NCBI GenBank assembly: GCA_951406725.2
Contig: OX597832.1
Span: 62,186,001 to 62,250,000, forward strand
DNA: 64,000 nucleotides
Origin: Octopus vulgaris
Taxonomy: Eukaryota
Reading direction: 5' to 3'
Positions within the stretch are counted from its first letter, which is position 1. Every line of letters starts with the position of its first letter. Made by a program: the position numbers and the translations under genes. Of this stretch, positions 1 to 13,683 are shown piece after piece. The notes beneath the pieces were generated by a model. The model was not told the origin of the DNA. It saw only the letters and a program-made list of their open reading frames with translations, and searched no databases.

Positions 1-184
1 TTCTTCTATGCATCGTGATTCTATAGTTGAAATGCTCCCCTTGACGACTTCGTTATGAGTTCACTGCCATGGCGCGACATCTTGGGTTAAAACAGTCGAT
101 TACAGACCGGGCCCACCAATACCTTGTGTGCTTGTGAGTAAATTCATCTGTGCGAAAAACCTTTCGTGTACACACACATACACA

Positions 185-242
<58 letters not shown>

Positions 243-335
243 CCCATACGCGTATAAATAAAATTTACAGGAAGAGTAAAAATATATATATGTAAAAGAA
301 TGAGTACAGATGGCTTTTTTGAGGGGATAATTTTC

Positions 336-1039
336 ATGCTGGTAAAATTTCGAACAAATTTATCAAAAAATATTTAAACATAATAAATAACATTAGGGTA
401 ATAATGCTCTTTCTAGCACAAGGCTTTCCTATTTGGGAGCCTCTTGATGTGTTTTAATATGCACGATATTTTTATGCGAATGATATATAGTCTATTGACT
501 AATTCTTTTTTTTTTGTGCTAGGCCACTGGTAATAATAATTTATACAATTCTTATTACCCTAATGTTATTTATTATGTTTAAATATTTTTTGATAAATTT
601 GTTCGAAATTTTACCGGCATCCTCTCTTTCGCCGGAAATAATCTGCATCTGCGCAGTGGTCTGAAAAGTTAAGATATACAGGTAACTAGTTTGCATGTGG
701 ATCTAGTTTTGTGAATATTTGAAATCTAAAGGCTCCCTACTGACGAAAACTAGCCTCAGTAAATATTTTTTTACTGGAATTAGTTAGAAACCGTGGTCTA
801 GGAAGTAACTGAGATGGTAAACGTTTTTCATTTTCATTCCTTTCGAGAATTTATCCCCAATTAGTCGTTTGAGTTTTTAACTGCTCTTTCTAGCACAAGG
901 CTTTCCTATTTGGAAGTCTCTTCATGAGTTTTAATGTACACGATACTTTTATTTGAATAATATATAGTCTATTGACTAATTCTTTTACGTGCTAGGCCAC
1001 TGGTAATAATAATTTCTATAATTCTTATTACCCTAATGT

Positions 1040-1041
<2 letters not shown>
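336..1041 (+). mobile_element. Penelope-like non-coding terminal unit (inverted 5' segment + partial direct repeat + hammerhead motif)
   Basis: 69-bp inverted repeat 336-404/552-620 (one mismatch); diverged direct repeat 405-568/882-1041; hammerhead motif at 736-802; ends in (TA)n. Confidence 0.65.
736..802 (+). ncRNA. Type I hammerhead ribozyme motif
   Basis: Stem I ccta/tagg; core CTGACGA 740-746; stem II aactag..cagtaaa/tttactg..ttagtt; GAAA 787-790; near-palindromic stem III accgtggt; GUC triplet (cleavage predicted after 798). Confidence 0.7.
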
Positions 1042-1105
<64 letters not shown>

Positions 1106-1310
1106 ATGTTACAATAAAATACACAAGTCATGTGCAATACAGTTACATAGGATTTCCTGGTCAAACATGAGTTTATTTCGACATATTTCGAGTAAAGAGA
1201 AAGACCGTTTGGCAGTTGCTGTTTGACGAAACAGGGTCTGTTTCTTCAAAGGTCATAAGGAAGGAGACAAAAAGCAAGACACAAAGTGACATAACCAATA
1301 TTAACAATAA

Positions 1311-1504
1311 ACAAATGTCAGAAAGACATAAACAAGATATTAATGTTGTTTATGATGTGTCGGGTGGCCTATATTAAAATTCCGCTAAGAAGTATTTCTT
1401 AAAATGTGGACATAAAGAAAAATACATTATGGTAGAATTTTAAAATAGGCCACGGGACACATCGTAAACCATTAATATCATATTTACGTCTTTCTGACAT
1501 TTGT
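1311..1504. repeat. Long imperfect fold-back (palindromic) repeat
   Basis: acaaatgtcagaaagac...ggtggcctat pairs with ataggccac...gtctttctgacatttgt. Confidence 0.8.
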
Positions 1505-2912
1505 AATGTTCGTGTAATTCACGATTTCATTTATATTACTTAGAGAAAGGGAAATAACTCATGTCGAAATTGCAAAAAATTATTAAGGAGAATAATTCAA
1601 ATATTTCCATAATTGTAATTGTGAATGAAAAATATAATAAACACTTTTAATACCGCTAATGTACATTGTGCAAAATAAAATTAAAAAATTAGTTGGTAAT
1701 TAAATATTTCGTAATGGGAGAAATGTATGTAAGGTTGGCGAGGATATTAGATAATTAATTGATGTAAATCCATCAGGTTAATTAAAATGGAGTTAATTGT
1801 GTATTCATGTTACAGACTGAAAATTTCCTTGTATGTCAACAAAAACGAAAATATTAATTCAATCCTATTTAAGATACTTCTCAGCAGAATGATTATATCA
1901 AGTGTTTTCATTGCTTAGAAGTTGCAACTGTTTCCACGGTTGTTCTGTAGTTGCTTGCTTTTCGGCTGCAATTCATTTCACTGTAGTATTGTCTATCTTT
2001 CTATCCCTTAAATACCAAACTAATTTTGAGAACGTGTTGCAGTATCTATTCTTTCTGAGCGAACAGGTATGTTGCTCACCTCTATTGGCGTGTTTTCTGT
2101 CATATAATTATATCGTATAACAGCTTCATACACTAACTTTCCAAAAGATATCTTATTAAAGGGGAAATTACCGAAATTTCTACAGTTGCATAGGTGTTAG
2201 AATAGTTGTTCTAGTTAAATGTAGCAAAATTAGTATAAAAATATTACGTCATCACAGAGTAGCGAGGTGGTGTATACGTATTCAGCTTAGTAAGTTCATT
2301 AATATAATGAAGGCATGTTCACATTATATAGGGGATTAAACCATACTATTTTCTTATGGCTTTTGTGAGTGAATGAGGAGTTTGATCTATGAAGGAAAGT
2401 AAAATGAAATATAGCACTTGAATATAAAATCAATTGACAGGAAGTAGCTATTACAATATTAGATGAATAAATATTTTATATGCATATCGAAAATTATATA
2501 TTCATGCAAAGCATTTTCTGAAAGGGTTTAATAAATGTGAATTGCTCAGGGCTTCTATCTGTAGTAGAAATGACTATTTATTTTAAAATGTGGCTTCATT
2601 TTATTTTCAACTTTCTCTTCGTACTTTCTGTAGTTAGGCACACAATGTTACAAAAGATGGTGCAGTTACAGGGCTGTTAGTCATAAAAATGCCTCAGCAT
2701 TTATTCTCCATCTTCATGAACTGAGTTCAAATTACACCGATGTCAGAATTACATTTCATGAAAGGTAAGTAATGACTGTCCACACCCTGAACATTACTAA
2801 ACCTGGGCTCTAACAATAATAATTATTCTAAAGTTCCGCATTTTTTCCATTTATTGAGCATTTTCGTTCATATCATTCCTGTGGGAGTATTTTTGGTATA
2901 ACTATATATATA

Positions 2913-2986
<74 letters not shown>

Positions 2987-3207
2987 AATATGCATTTACA
3001 TAAAAGCTAAATAAAAACAACTACGTAGGTCAGTGTTGATTCAGTTTTAACAGTCATTTCGAAATTTTCTGCAGACTAACAAAACTGTTTGTGAAAATAA
3101 CAAAATATATTCGAGTTGGAGACAATCTTGAGCTGTAATACTATTATACATTCCTGACATAAAGTGTAAATACGAAGAGTAACACACTTTTAGAATGTTC
3201 TTTGCTG

Positions 3208-3243
3208 AAGTACTGATGAGGACACCTCAAACCAGTTTATTTT
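3208..3243 (+). ncRNA. Decayed hammerhead-like motif
   Basis: aagta-CTGATGA-ggacacct-CAAA-ccagt-T-tattt; GAAA box mutated to CAAA, weak stem II. Confidence 0.35.
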
Positions 3244-3319
3244 GATGTACAATGGACTGAGAGGGAGATTTTTTGAGATGACTTACGGAATGCATGGTTC
3301 TTTAACATTTATGCTGTAC

Positions 3320-3417
<98 letters not shown>

Positions 3418-3550
3418 TTTGTATATATAAATATATATATATATATATGTATGTATAAATATATACATATATACTCTTTGTATGCATGCAAACAGATATA
3501 TATATATATATATATATATATAGTCATATATATATATATATACATATATA

Positions 3551-3698
3551 CGACGGGCTTCTTTCAGTTTCCGTCTACCAAATCCACTAACAAGGCTTTG
3601 GTCGACCCGAGGCTATAGTAGAAGACACTTGCCCAAGGTATCACGCAGTGGGACTGAACCCGGGACCATGGCTGGTAAGCAAGCTACTTACCACAGAG

Positions 3699-3700
<2 letters not shown>
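3551..3700 (-). mobile_element. tRNA-derived SINE family A, 5' half
   Basis: Reverse complement of the 5' half of the full copy at 27249-27662. Confidence 0.8.
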
Positions 3701-3759
<59 letters not shown>

Positions 3760-3760
<1 letters not shown>

Positions 3761-3977
3761 TCTTTTGTTCATTTATTCCTCTGTTTCAGTCATTTGACCG
3801 TGGTCATGCTGGAGCACAACCTTTAGTCGAACAAATCGATACCAGGACTTATCCTTTGTGAGACTAGTACTTATTTTATCCGTTCTCTTTTGCCGAACTG
3901 CTAGTTTTGAAGGATGCAATCACACCAATACCGGTTGTCAAGCTATGGTGTGGGACAAACACAGATACACAAATATA

Positions 3978-4025
<48 letters not shown>

Positions 4026-4167
4026 AGGCTTCTTTTAGTTTCCGTTTACCAAATCCACTCACAAGGCTTTGGTCAGCACGAGGCTATAGTAGAAAACACT
4101 AGCCCAAGGTGCCACGCAGTTAAACTGAACCCGGAACCATGTGGTTGGGCAGCATGCTTCTTACCAT
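3760..4167 (-). mobile_element. tRNA-derived SINE family A, near full length with internal (TA)n
   Basis: Both halves match 27249-27662 in reverse orientation. Confidence 0.8.
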
Positions 4168-4403
4168 ACGTCTACATATAGTTATTTTGCTAATTTGGTC
4201 TCTGTATATACAGCCGTTGAATATTGTTATAAAATTTTTTTATGGGAAATATAATCGTTGACTAGAATTTGTCGATGCTATGTATGTTTAAAATCGTTAC
4301 TTAGTTAGAGAAGGGATTACTATGGACACACACACACACGTATTAATCAAAATCCACATATATACTCCCGCATATATCATACATATACATAGATTCCTAT
4401 ATA

Positions 4404-4451
<48 letters not shown>

Positions 4452-5743
4452 CACATGTATGTATATATATACATATATGTATATATAAGTGTATATATGT
4501 GAATATATACACATATATATTTATATATATATACATATATGTATGCATGTATGCATCTGTGTGCGTATGTGTGTGTTTGTCTATATATATATATATATGT
4601 ATATATATACGTACATATCTATGTATGTATGTACCTATCTATCTATATATATATATATATACACACATACATACACATTCAATTATTTCCGATACAATAC
4701 ACGCTTAAAACAATGCTAAATGCCCAGTTCCCAATTGGGTAATACTTTTTTTATGGTATATTAAAATGTCTCCAGAGGAAAGACGACGGCTCCAGTTCTA
4801 TGTACAAGTTATGTTCGACTATAATTTTATAAGATTTAATGGGTTTCACTAGAAATTAGTTCACTGTAAAAAAATAACTTTTTTTATATTTATATACATA
4901 TAATTTTTTTGTGTAATTCATTTATGTTTAATGATATCGTTTTTTTCTGGAATAATAAAATGGGATTTAACGGTCATAACATGAAATATGATATAGAGAT
5001 AATGATAATGGTTTACCCTATTTTAGTTTTTTTCCCTAATATTATCACAATGTCGACCATATAAGGGAACGTCTTAATGTTTGAAATGGTCGCCATTATT
5101 TCTGCGTTACTTTGGTCCGTTCTTTATGGAAGCCGTAGCGTTATTGGGTGGTGGAGCGGATTGGTCATTCTGGAGTAAAGCTTTTCATGGGCGGTACTTC
5201 TGGATCTGCGATATAAGCTTGTATAGGCTTATGCAAGCCCGGGTTGTGTGAGGCGGCAAACCAAGGGCTGCCCCAGGTCGGACACACCCAATCTACGCCA
5301 CTGCTTGGTAGGTGTAAAGGATGGGGTTTCGTATTGGGATGAGGGATTTTAATATCGAAAATTTGGGGATTTGCTATCGGAAATATTTAAAATATTTGCA
5401 TAATAAAATAGTCTCAACTAATTTAGATTTTAATTTAGAAGTTAATTCGTAAAGATTACTAGGATTTAAAAATCAGAAACAAGGCCTCTTAGGCCACTTA
5501 CTAAAGCCATTCTGGAAGAATCGATTTACAGGATGCCAATACATTTATGATAATTATTTATCGGTTTGGAAAATACGAATGATAGGGTCAAATTATAAAG
5601 GAATTTGAAATTAAAATGTAATGGGATTTAAACGAATACAACAAAAATATGATCAATTGTACATTTTAAATCACATTTTGAATAAGAAATAATCTTAGGG
5701 ATAAATAGGAATATGATGATAACTGATAATAAATATTAATTTG

Positions 5744-6117
<374 letters not shown>

Positions 6118-6499
6118 CATAAGCATGCACACACAAAATCCGCATTAGACACCTCACTCGAATTATTATCGAAGCGAGAATCTAACTACGCCCTTGTCGT
6201 AGAACTTACATAACCTTACCTGCCACGCCGGGTCTTCTGCATACCAATATATATATATATATGTGTGGGGGGGGGGGCTGTAAGTTTCTCTCCTTGTATA
6301 TAGAAGCTTGGCGATGCAAACCTGGAAAATAGAACTGAAAACATAATTCGTACACATTCTTATTAATATTTGATCTAATTTCCCATTTGTTTTCAAGAAA
6401 TGAATTTATGGAATACCCCTCAACCATTCTGTTGCTGTAATTGTATCTGTTTGCTTCAATTGTTCCTATTGCTTTTCAAGAATTCTTAGCGTTGTTCTT

Positions 6500-7130
6500 T
6501 CTGGTTCTATACGTTCTGAGTTCAAACGTTCCCGAGATCAACTTTACCTTTCATCATATTGGGAACGATAAAATAAAATACCAATCAATTATTAGAGTCG
6601 ATGTATACAACTACATCTCTCTCACTAAAATTACCAGTTTTGTGTCATGATTTGGAACCACTCAGGTAGCAAGATGGCAGAAACGTTAAAACGGATGAAA
6701 TGCTTACTAGCATTACCTCTGCCTCATTACGTTCCGCGTTCAAATACCGATGAGGGCAATCTTGCGTTTTACCTTGTTAGAGTCTATAAAATAAGTTGAT
6801 CACTGGGGTTGATGTAATAAACTTCTGCCTGCTTTCGAAACTGCTGGCTTTGCGTCAAAGGTAGACAGATTTCTTCGTCGGGAATGATTTGGACTTTTAA
6901 TGTTCATAGATAATCCTTTCTACGAAAGGCACAATGCCTGAAATTTGGTAGGAGGGGACTAGTCGACTACATCAACTCCAGTGTTTCACTGGTATTTAAT
7001 TTATCGACTCCCGAAAGGATAAATGCAAAGTCGGCCCCAACAGAATATGAACTCAGAACATGTAGACAAACGAAGTGCAACTAAGCATTTTGCCCGGCGT
7101 GCTAACAGTTCTGCCAGCTCACCGCCTTAA
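6500..7130. mobile_element. Cluster of SINE family B copies (two +, one -)
   Basis: gttctgagttcaaa...tttcatc...gataaa...agtac core; - copy 6915-7130 ends ctgccagctcaccgcc. Confidence 0.7.
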
Positions 7131-8119
7131 TGTTCATAGATAATACAAGACTGCTGAGATGGAAGTGGTTTACAGTCAATTGTGCATTATCAAACAGGAT
7201 TAATTTCTCACCTTTTCAAAAATCACAGTTATCGCGTTAACCAAGTGTCCTTAAAACAGTCGAAGAGATTTCCAAAATTAGCAACACAAAGAAGGAGAGC
7301 TGCATCATGTAATTTTGACCTAGATACTTCATAAGTGTGTCAAAGAAGAAAGGATAAATCTATCAACAGTAATCTCTAAAAGAGTAATATTTAGCATTCA
7401 CATCAGTCCTGCATTTATGCTATTTCCACTTCACTTTATGCTATTTTCAATTCACGAACATCGCTAATATTCTAATGCATATTTTTACTGAAACAACTAT
7501 TCTTGCGTTCATACTCGTTTTGTGGAATCCTACTGCACTCGTTTATCACATTGTTAATTATTCTGTCTACTCTTTTCATACATTCTCCATTGGTATATGA
7601 TCCAAACTTATCTTTGCTGTTATCAAATTCGTTCCAATGACTTGCTCCTTAGCAACTAAAATTAGAAATTCAATTTTTCGTTTCAGATATGAATTACTCA
7701 GCCACGACAATCACCATTCATCACTAGTAACTACCTTCCTCTGATGCATAAACTGGCCTGCCCTTCGTACTTTGTTTTCCCTGCCATAGGTTCCAGCTTC
7801 ATTTTCTTGTTACATTAGGAGCGACCAATGGCTAAAGCAGGGTTTTTCAAACAATAAGCAAGAACAATGCCTATCCGTCAAGCCATGTCACGTGATTTAA
7901 TAATCCCATGAACGTTTCTGAAATAAATTGAAACTACCAGTCAAAATGAGTTGTCTTCTTGTGCAACATATTTTGTGTGTAGAAATGCATACGTACATAT
8001 ACATGTATACACACAGATAGACATAAATAGATAGACAGACAGACAGATATACACACATAGTATAACATACATATATATATGTGTGTATTGTATGTATGCA
8101 TGTATGTATGTATGTAGTG

Positions 8120-8300
8120 GGAATTTATAAAAAAAGTGAGAATTTACAAAAAACAAATGACGAATACAGGTGGTGTACAAAGCAAACAGATGTATTAGTT
8201 TAACAATCGGGAAGTGAGAAAGTCTTTTACGTTTCAAGCCTACGCTCTTCCACAGGAAGGAATAGAGAAATAAGCAGAGAGAGAAAATAGAAAAAGGTTT
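8120..8300 (-). mobile_element. Short dispersed repeat with variant hammerhead (8224-8259)
   Basis: Homologous to 19935-20150 and 46960-47130; minus strand cttc-CTGTGGA-agagcgtaggctt-GAAA-cgTA-aaag. Confidence 0.55.
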
Positions 8301-8416
8301 ATATATGTTTGTATATATACATATGTATGTGTGCATGTATATATGAATATATGTATGTATGTTTGTATGTATATATATATAGGCGTGTGTGTGTGTGTGT
8401 ATGTATGTATATATAT

Positions 8417-8485
<69 letters not shown>

Positions 8486-9607
8486 TGTATAATATAAATA
8501 TTTATGCATGTGTACATACACAAAAATGCATAAACACATTGTTATGCCTATATTCTTGCGTGACTGATCTCTGTACGCATAAATGAACTCAATATTCAAA
8601 TAAAATCATATTACAAATGCAGTTTCCAAACGTCGTCTTGCAAGCAGTTATCTTGATACACCTGTAATTATAAAAAAAATATGTTCAGAAAATTTTTTAT
8701 TTATTTAAGATTCTTATCCATAAATAAATTCTTATCCATAAATATGGATTTTTAAAAATCTATAATTTTCTGGATCAGAGATACATATGGATTAGAAAAT
8801 GTAGATTAAAAATCCATATAGATATATGAAAATTTTGAGCAACGTATAATTTATAATTTTGTTATACAGAAGATCGATTAATAAATCGAAATTTGCATTA
8901 GTTTTTGTAAGTGTGGTTTTTGATTTTGTCATTTATAATTTTTTGCCGTTCATTTTTATCTACTTTTGCATGCGAGAAGCGTTGGAAATTTTTGTTTGAT
9001 CAATTCTGCACCACGGTGTAAAATATGATTAATGAACAATGATACACTCGTTACTTGTAATTAACAATCTAATAAAAATATATAATGAGATATATAATAA
9101 AAATTTATAGGGTTATAAATAATAATAAACTGTAAATTATAAAATGTTGTGGTAGACTATGAAATAAATTAACATATTTCATATGATATCTCATATTATG
9201 TACGACATAAAATATCAAACAGAAAATATGGAATGAACACGAGATGCATTCCAGATGTTTTGTGACCTTTTTATTTTAGAGAAATAGTTATAAATGTCCT
9301 AGAACATTGTACATTTAGGAAGTGATTACTCTAATCCTAATTAGGTGACCTGCAGATATTTGATATTCCAGACTGAAGGAGATAGCTGTAAAAGCACTTC
9401 AAATGCACCCCACTACACACTGCTTCTTACAGCTGACACGTTTGCAGAATGCAGTCGATACGTGGAGACAATTTTTCACCTCGATGCTCGATAAACATGA
9501 TTATTTTGTGTTAAACTTGGTAAAAACGCCACAAAAAATTACGAAATGTGGAAGAATGGTCTTAGATGGACTTGCAGGAGTTGAGCATATGCTTTTCGAT
9601 TTAGTCC

Positions 9608-9953
9608 ACGAACAAACTGTAAAGCCAGAAATGTAGTCTATAGAATAAGATATATAGAAGGACGATGCAGTAACAAGACAACGACATACGTAGAGGAAAC
9701 GGCACGGAGGATAGGAGAGCGGGTAAATGCACATTGGAGAGAACTTAAGGAAGGAAAGAGCTCATCGGTTCTGTACCAACACGCCGAGCAGGAACACGGC
9801 GGCTCACTCAACAATATAGAAGTTAAAATCTTGTCCACACATAGAACAGACGCAACAATCAGACAAATTACGGAAGCTACAGACATAATACAAGATAAAC
9901 CTAGCCTGAATAGGAAACTGGAATGCAACACTAGCACACACCACAGCATATGA
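9608..9953 (+). mobile_element. Penelope-like element GIY-YIG endonuclease C-terminal fragment
   Basis: Manual translation (no start codon, absent from the ORF track): NCKARNVVYRIRYIEGRCSNKTTTYVEETARRIGERVNAHWRELKEGKSSSVLYQHAEQEH...IRQITEATDIIQDKPSLNRKLE; matches the NVVY..C..C..YxGET.R...ER..EH GIY-YIG pattern. AT-rich 3' region runs to (TA)n at ~10350. Confidence 0.85.
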
Positions 9954-10063
9954 CAGAAAATCCCCATAAACTGGTAACAATATAAACAAAACTAAAAACA
10001 TAATAAAATACAAAGATAATTAAACAAATGGAAATAAATAACTATATAGTTATTTACATTTAA

Positions 10064-10095
<32 letters not shown>

Positions 10096-10344
10096 GTAGG
10101 TGTAAACACATGAACAAAATAAAAATAAACAAAAGCAAAAAAAAATTACACGAACGTATATAAACAGGAGTTACAAATATTACAGGCACTTAACCCCTCC
10201 ACACACACTAACTAAACATAGACACACATAGAGGTATAAGATTAAGATTAATGTAAAAAATAAATAACACTGAAGCAAAGTAACACCAAATATATACTGC
10301 GTGTGTTTTTATTGGCCAAACTGGCAAAATGACCATTCCTAAAT

Positions 10345-10392
<48 letters not shown>

Positions 10393-10599
10393 TTATATAT
10401 ATATACATATATATTATACATATATATATATGTATATATATATATATACATATGTATATATCTATATGTGTATGTATGTGTCCATGTAAGTATGTCATTT
10501 CTATTATTTAATTATTATAAATCTTCAATTGAAGAGGGTGCCAGTTTCCAACAAAGATACAAGGCTCTGACTTTGGGATGTAGTTAACACAGACAGATT

Positions 10600-11075
10600 C
10601 ACATTTGGAATTTGAGAAAAGTTTTGCATATTTTTACTGTTCCACTCACAGATTGCACTTGTATGTACGAATTAGCCGGTCGATTTTCTTTCTGGAAATC
10701 CCAGTTTATCCAGATTCTCCTTTAAGTTTTTACTAACAAAACCTTGCGCCCCAATTATTATTGCTATGAATATGAATTCATATTCTGGATATACAAGCTG
10801 GAGGTTTCAAAGCAGTTATCCATAGAAAACCTGTTTTTCTTTGATTTTCAAAGAGAGAGTTATATGTGCAGGGTAGCTGGCCTCTATGACGGTACATACC
10901 TTTGCCGCTCTGTCCCAAATTACAATATCCGGCCCGATATTTTTACTGTTGACAGAAGTTTTGATGGGAATATTTCACCAGTATTCTTTGAGTTGGTGTT
11001 TAGGAATGTATTAATAGCAGAGGGATTTTCTAAGTTTATGTTTGCGGATGGCATTATAAATCGTTTTAGCGATTA
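10600..11075 (-). mobile_element. R4/Dong-like non-LTR retrotransposon, restriction-like endonuclease domain and C-terminus (decayed)
   Basis: Minus-strand translation with stops: GPDIVIWDRAAKVCTVIEASYPAHITLSLKIKEKQVFYG*LL*NLQLVYPEYEFIFIAIIIGAQG...SVSGTVKICKTFLKFQM*; PD-(D/E)xK RLE motif. Confidence 0.8.
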
Positions 11076-11458
11076 GGGAAGCAGTATAGGGAAGTAGTAT
11101 GTATATATGTATGTATGTACGTCTGTATGTATGTATGTATGTATGTATGTCCAATTATTTCTATGTCCCTGCGCATGATACAGCCTTAAGCCTTACGAAA
11201 AAAAAAAACATACATACATACATTCATACATGGTAGCTGCCCCCTCGTTATCGAGTATGACGATTGCACGAAGCTTAATCAATGTTGTTATCGTGCAATG
11301 CCTGTGCAAGAAGATTTTTTGGATCTTTTCCTTTTGAACGGCAGCCCCCAACACAAACTCCAGCCAACCAAACACCTCCAAACCTCGTACACCGGTAGAA
11401 TGAGTCAAAACAAAACATTTCCCTCTCTTGGCCCTCCCGAGAAAATTGCAACTTGTAA

Positions 11459-11835
11459 GCCCAACGCAACTCAACCCCTCGAACTCCAACCAATCAATGG
11501 CCTCCACACCATACTAATCATATCTGTCAGGCATGTGGAAGAGAGTGTAATTCGGCAGGAGGACTTAAACGACATGCAAAGGTACATGAAGCCCAGTTAC
11601 AACTACAGCCGGCTATTACCGGTAAAAGTTTTTGTTGCCAATTCTGTACAAGACATTGTAGATCTTTAGCTGGGCTAAAAAGTCACATTCGATCACAGCA
11701 CCAATAACAGTTAAGCTTCGTGCAATGGCCATACTCGATAACGAGGGGGCAGCCATAATGTATGTATGTATGTATGTATGTATGTATGTATGTATGTATG
11801 TATGTATGTATGTATGTATGTATGTATGTATGTAT
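11459..11835 (+). mobile_element. RTE-clade LINE 3' end with two C2H2 zinc fingers and (TATG)n tail
   Basis: Frame 11501-11707: HICQACGRECNSAGGLKRHAKVH...FCCQFCTRHCRSLAGLKSHIRSQHQ*; short 3' UTR, then tetranucleotide tail. Confidence 0.7.
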
Positions 11836-12142
11836 GGCTTGGTTCACGCTGCTGATATAACAACAAATAAATGCGTATACATTTAACACTAAGATGCCAC
11901 AAAGCATGCTGCAAGACGTTCATTTTATGACGAACAGTAAATCTTACTACTAAATACGTATATCTTATTAATTAGATACTATTTAAGCATAAATATGCAT
12001 AAATGCATATATAAGACTAGTTATTAGAAAATAGGCGTCATCTGAATGCAAATTGTATTATATACACTCTAATTTATGGAGCTTTATATGCATGTTTGTG
12101 TCTAAGTATGAGCGTACACCTGTTTCTCTTTCACCCTCTATG

Positions 12143-12238
<96 letters not shown>

Positions 12239-12247
12239 AATCAATCA

Positions 12248-12289
<42 letters not shown>

Positions 12290-12290
12290 A

Positions 12291-12343
<53 letters not shown>

Positions 12344-12531
12344 GTCTATCAATTTATCTGTCTGTCTGTCAATGGACGGTAAGTATTCCATTCTCCTCAC
12401 GATTCCTGAGACTACGTTGCAACTGATCGAAATTAGATTTCCATAATTATTCTCCACCGACGCACATACAGGCAAGGAGATATATGTATATGTCTACGTA
12501 CACACAGTGATACTTACATGCACACACACAA

Positions 12532-12602
<71 letters not shown>

Positions 12603-12746
12603 AAGAGGGAGAAAGAGTGATAGGTAGATACATAGACAGATAGACATATACAGATATATAGACAGAGAGAGGTAGAGAAAGAGTGAGTGAGAGGGAGTAG
12701 AGACATACATATATGAATATATTTATACATATATGTAATATTCATG

Positions 12747-12802
<56 letters not shown>

Positions 12803-13554
12803 CATTTACATATATATATACATATATGTATATATATGTATATATGCATATATATACATAAATACATACATACATACATACATATACCTACATACATGCA
12901 TACCTGCATACATACATACATACATACATACATACATACATACATACATACATACATACATACATACATACATACATACATGCATACATACATACATAAA
13001 TGAAGCTGGTGTAGACATACATATATACTCTCTCAAAGGGCAAATACAAGAAAAATATACTTGTTTAGATTCCTCAAAATGTCTAATTACATTTCTGTGG
13101 AGCGACTAAATAATACGTATTAATTAAAATGATATACATTAACGTACATTCCTTTGTGAGTATCAAACATAAGCAATCTAGTTCAGCAATTATAAGTCAA
13201 TCAACTTGTAGCCCTATGTATAGAAATTGTGCAAAACAAGGTAGAAAAATAGTACTAGAATACCAAAGGCAGAGTAAAGTATTTTTTATTGAAACTGAAA
13301 ATCATATTACCGAACTGTTAGTTAGAGTTTCATGTAAGTAGTAAGATGAATGTTTACGTGAAACCCTGAGTAACAGTTTCTTCCAGCTTCCATAGCATGG
13401 TATATATACATATTTATATATACGCCGTGCACGCGCACGCATACACACACACACACACAAAGATCCCATTCACAAACAAACTCACACACATACGTACATA
13501 CAATACAAACACACACTCACACACAAATTTATATATATACACACATATACAAAA

Positions 13555-13668
<114 letters not shown>

Positions 13669-13683
13669 ACACACATATACATA

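Noticed and set aside
7820-7900. CCAAT plus GTCACGTGA E-box as a promoter
   Set aside because: Short motifs with no associated gene or transcript evidence.
9344-9607. Open frame RLKEIAVKALQMHPTT..., vaguely like a hAT dimerisation domain or an exon
   Set aside because: No diagnostic motif or convincing splice sites.
9638-9967. 109-aa minus-strand ORF
   Set aside because: It is antisense to the GIY-YIG fragment.
10744-11076. 110-aa plus-strand ORF
   Set aside because: It is the antisense shadow of the RLE domain on the minus strand.
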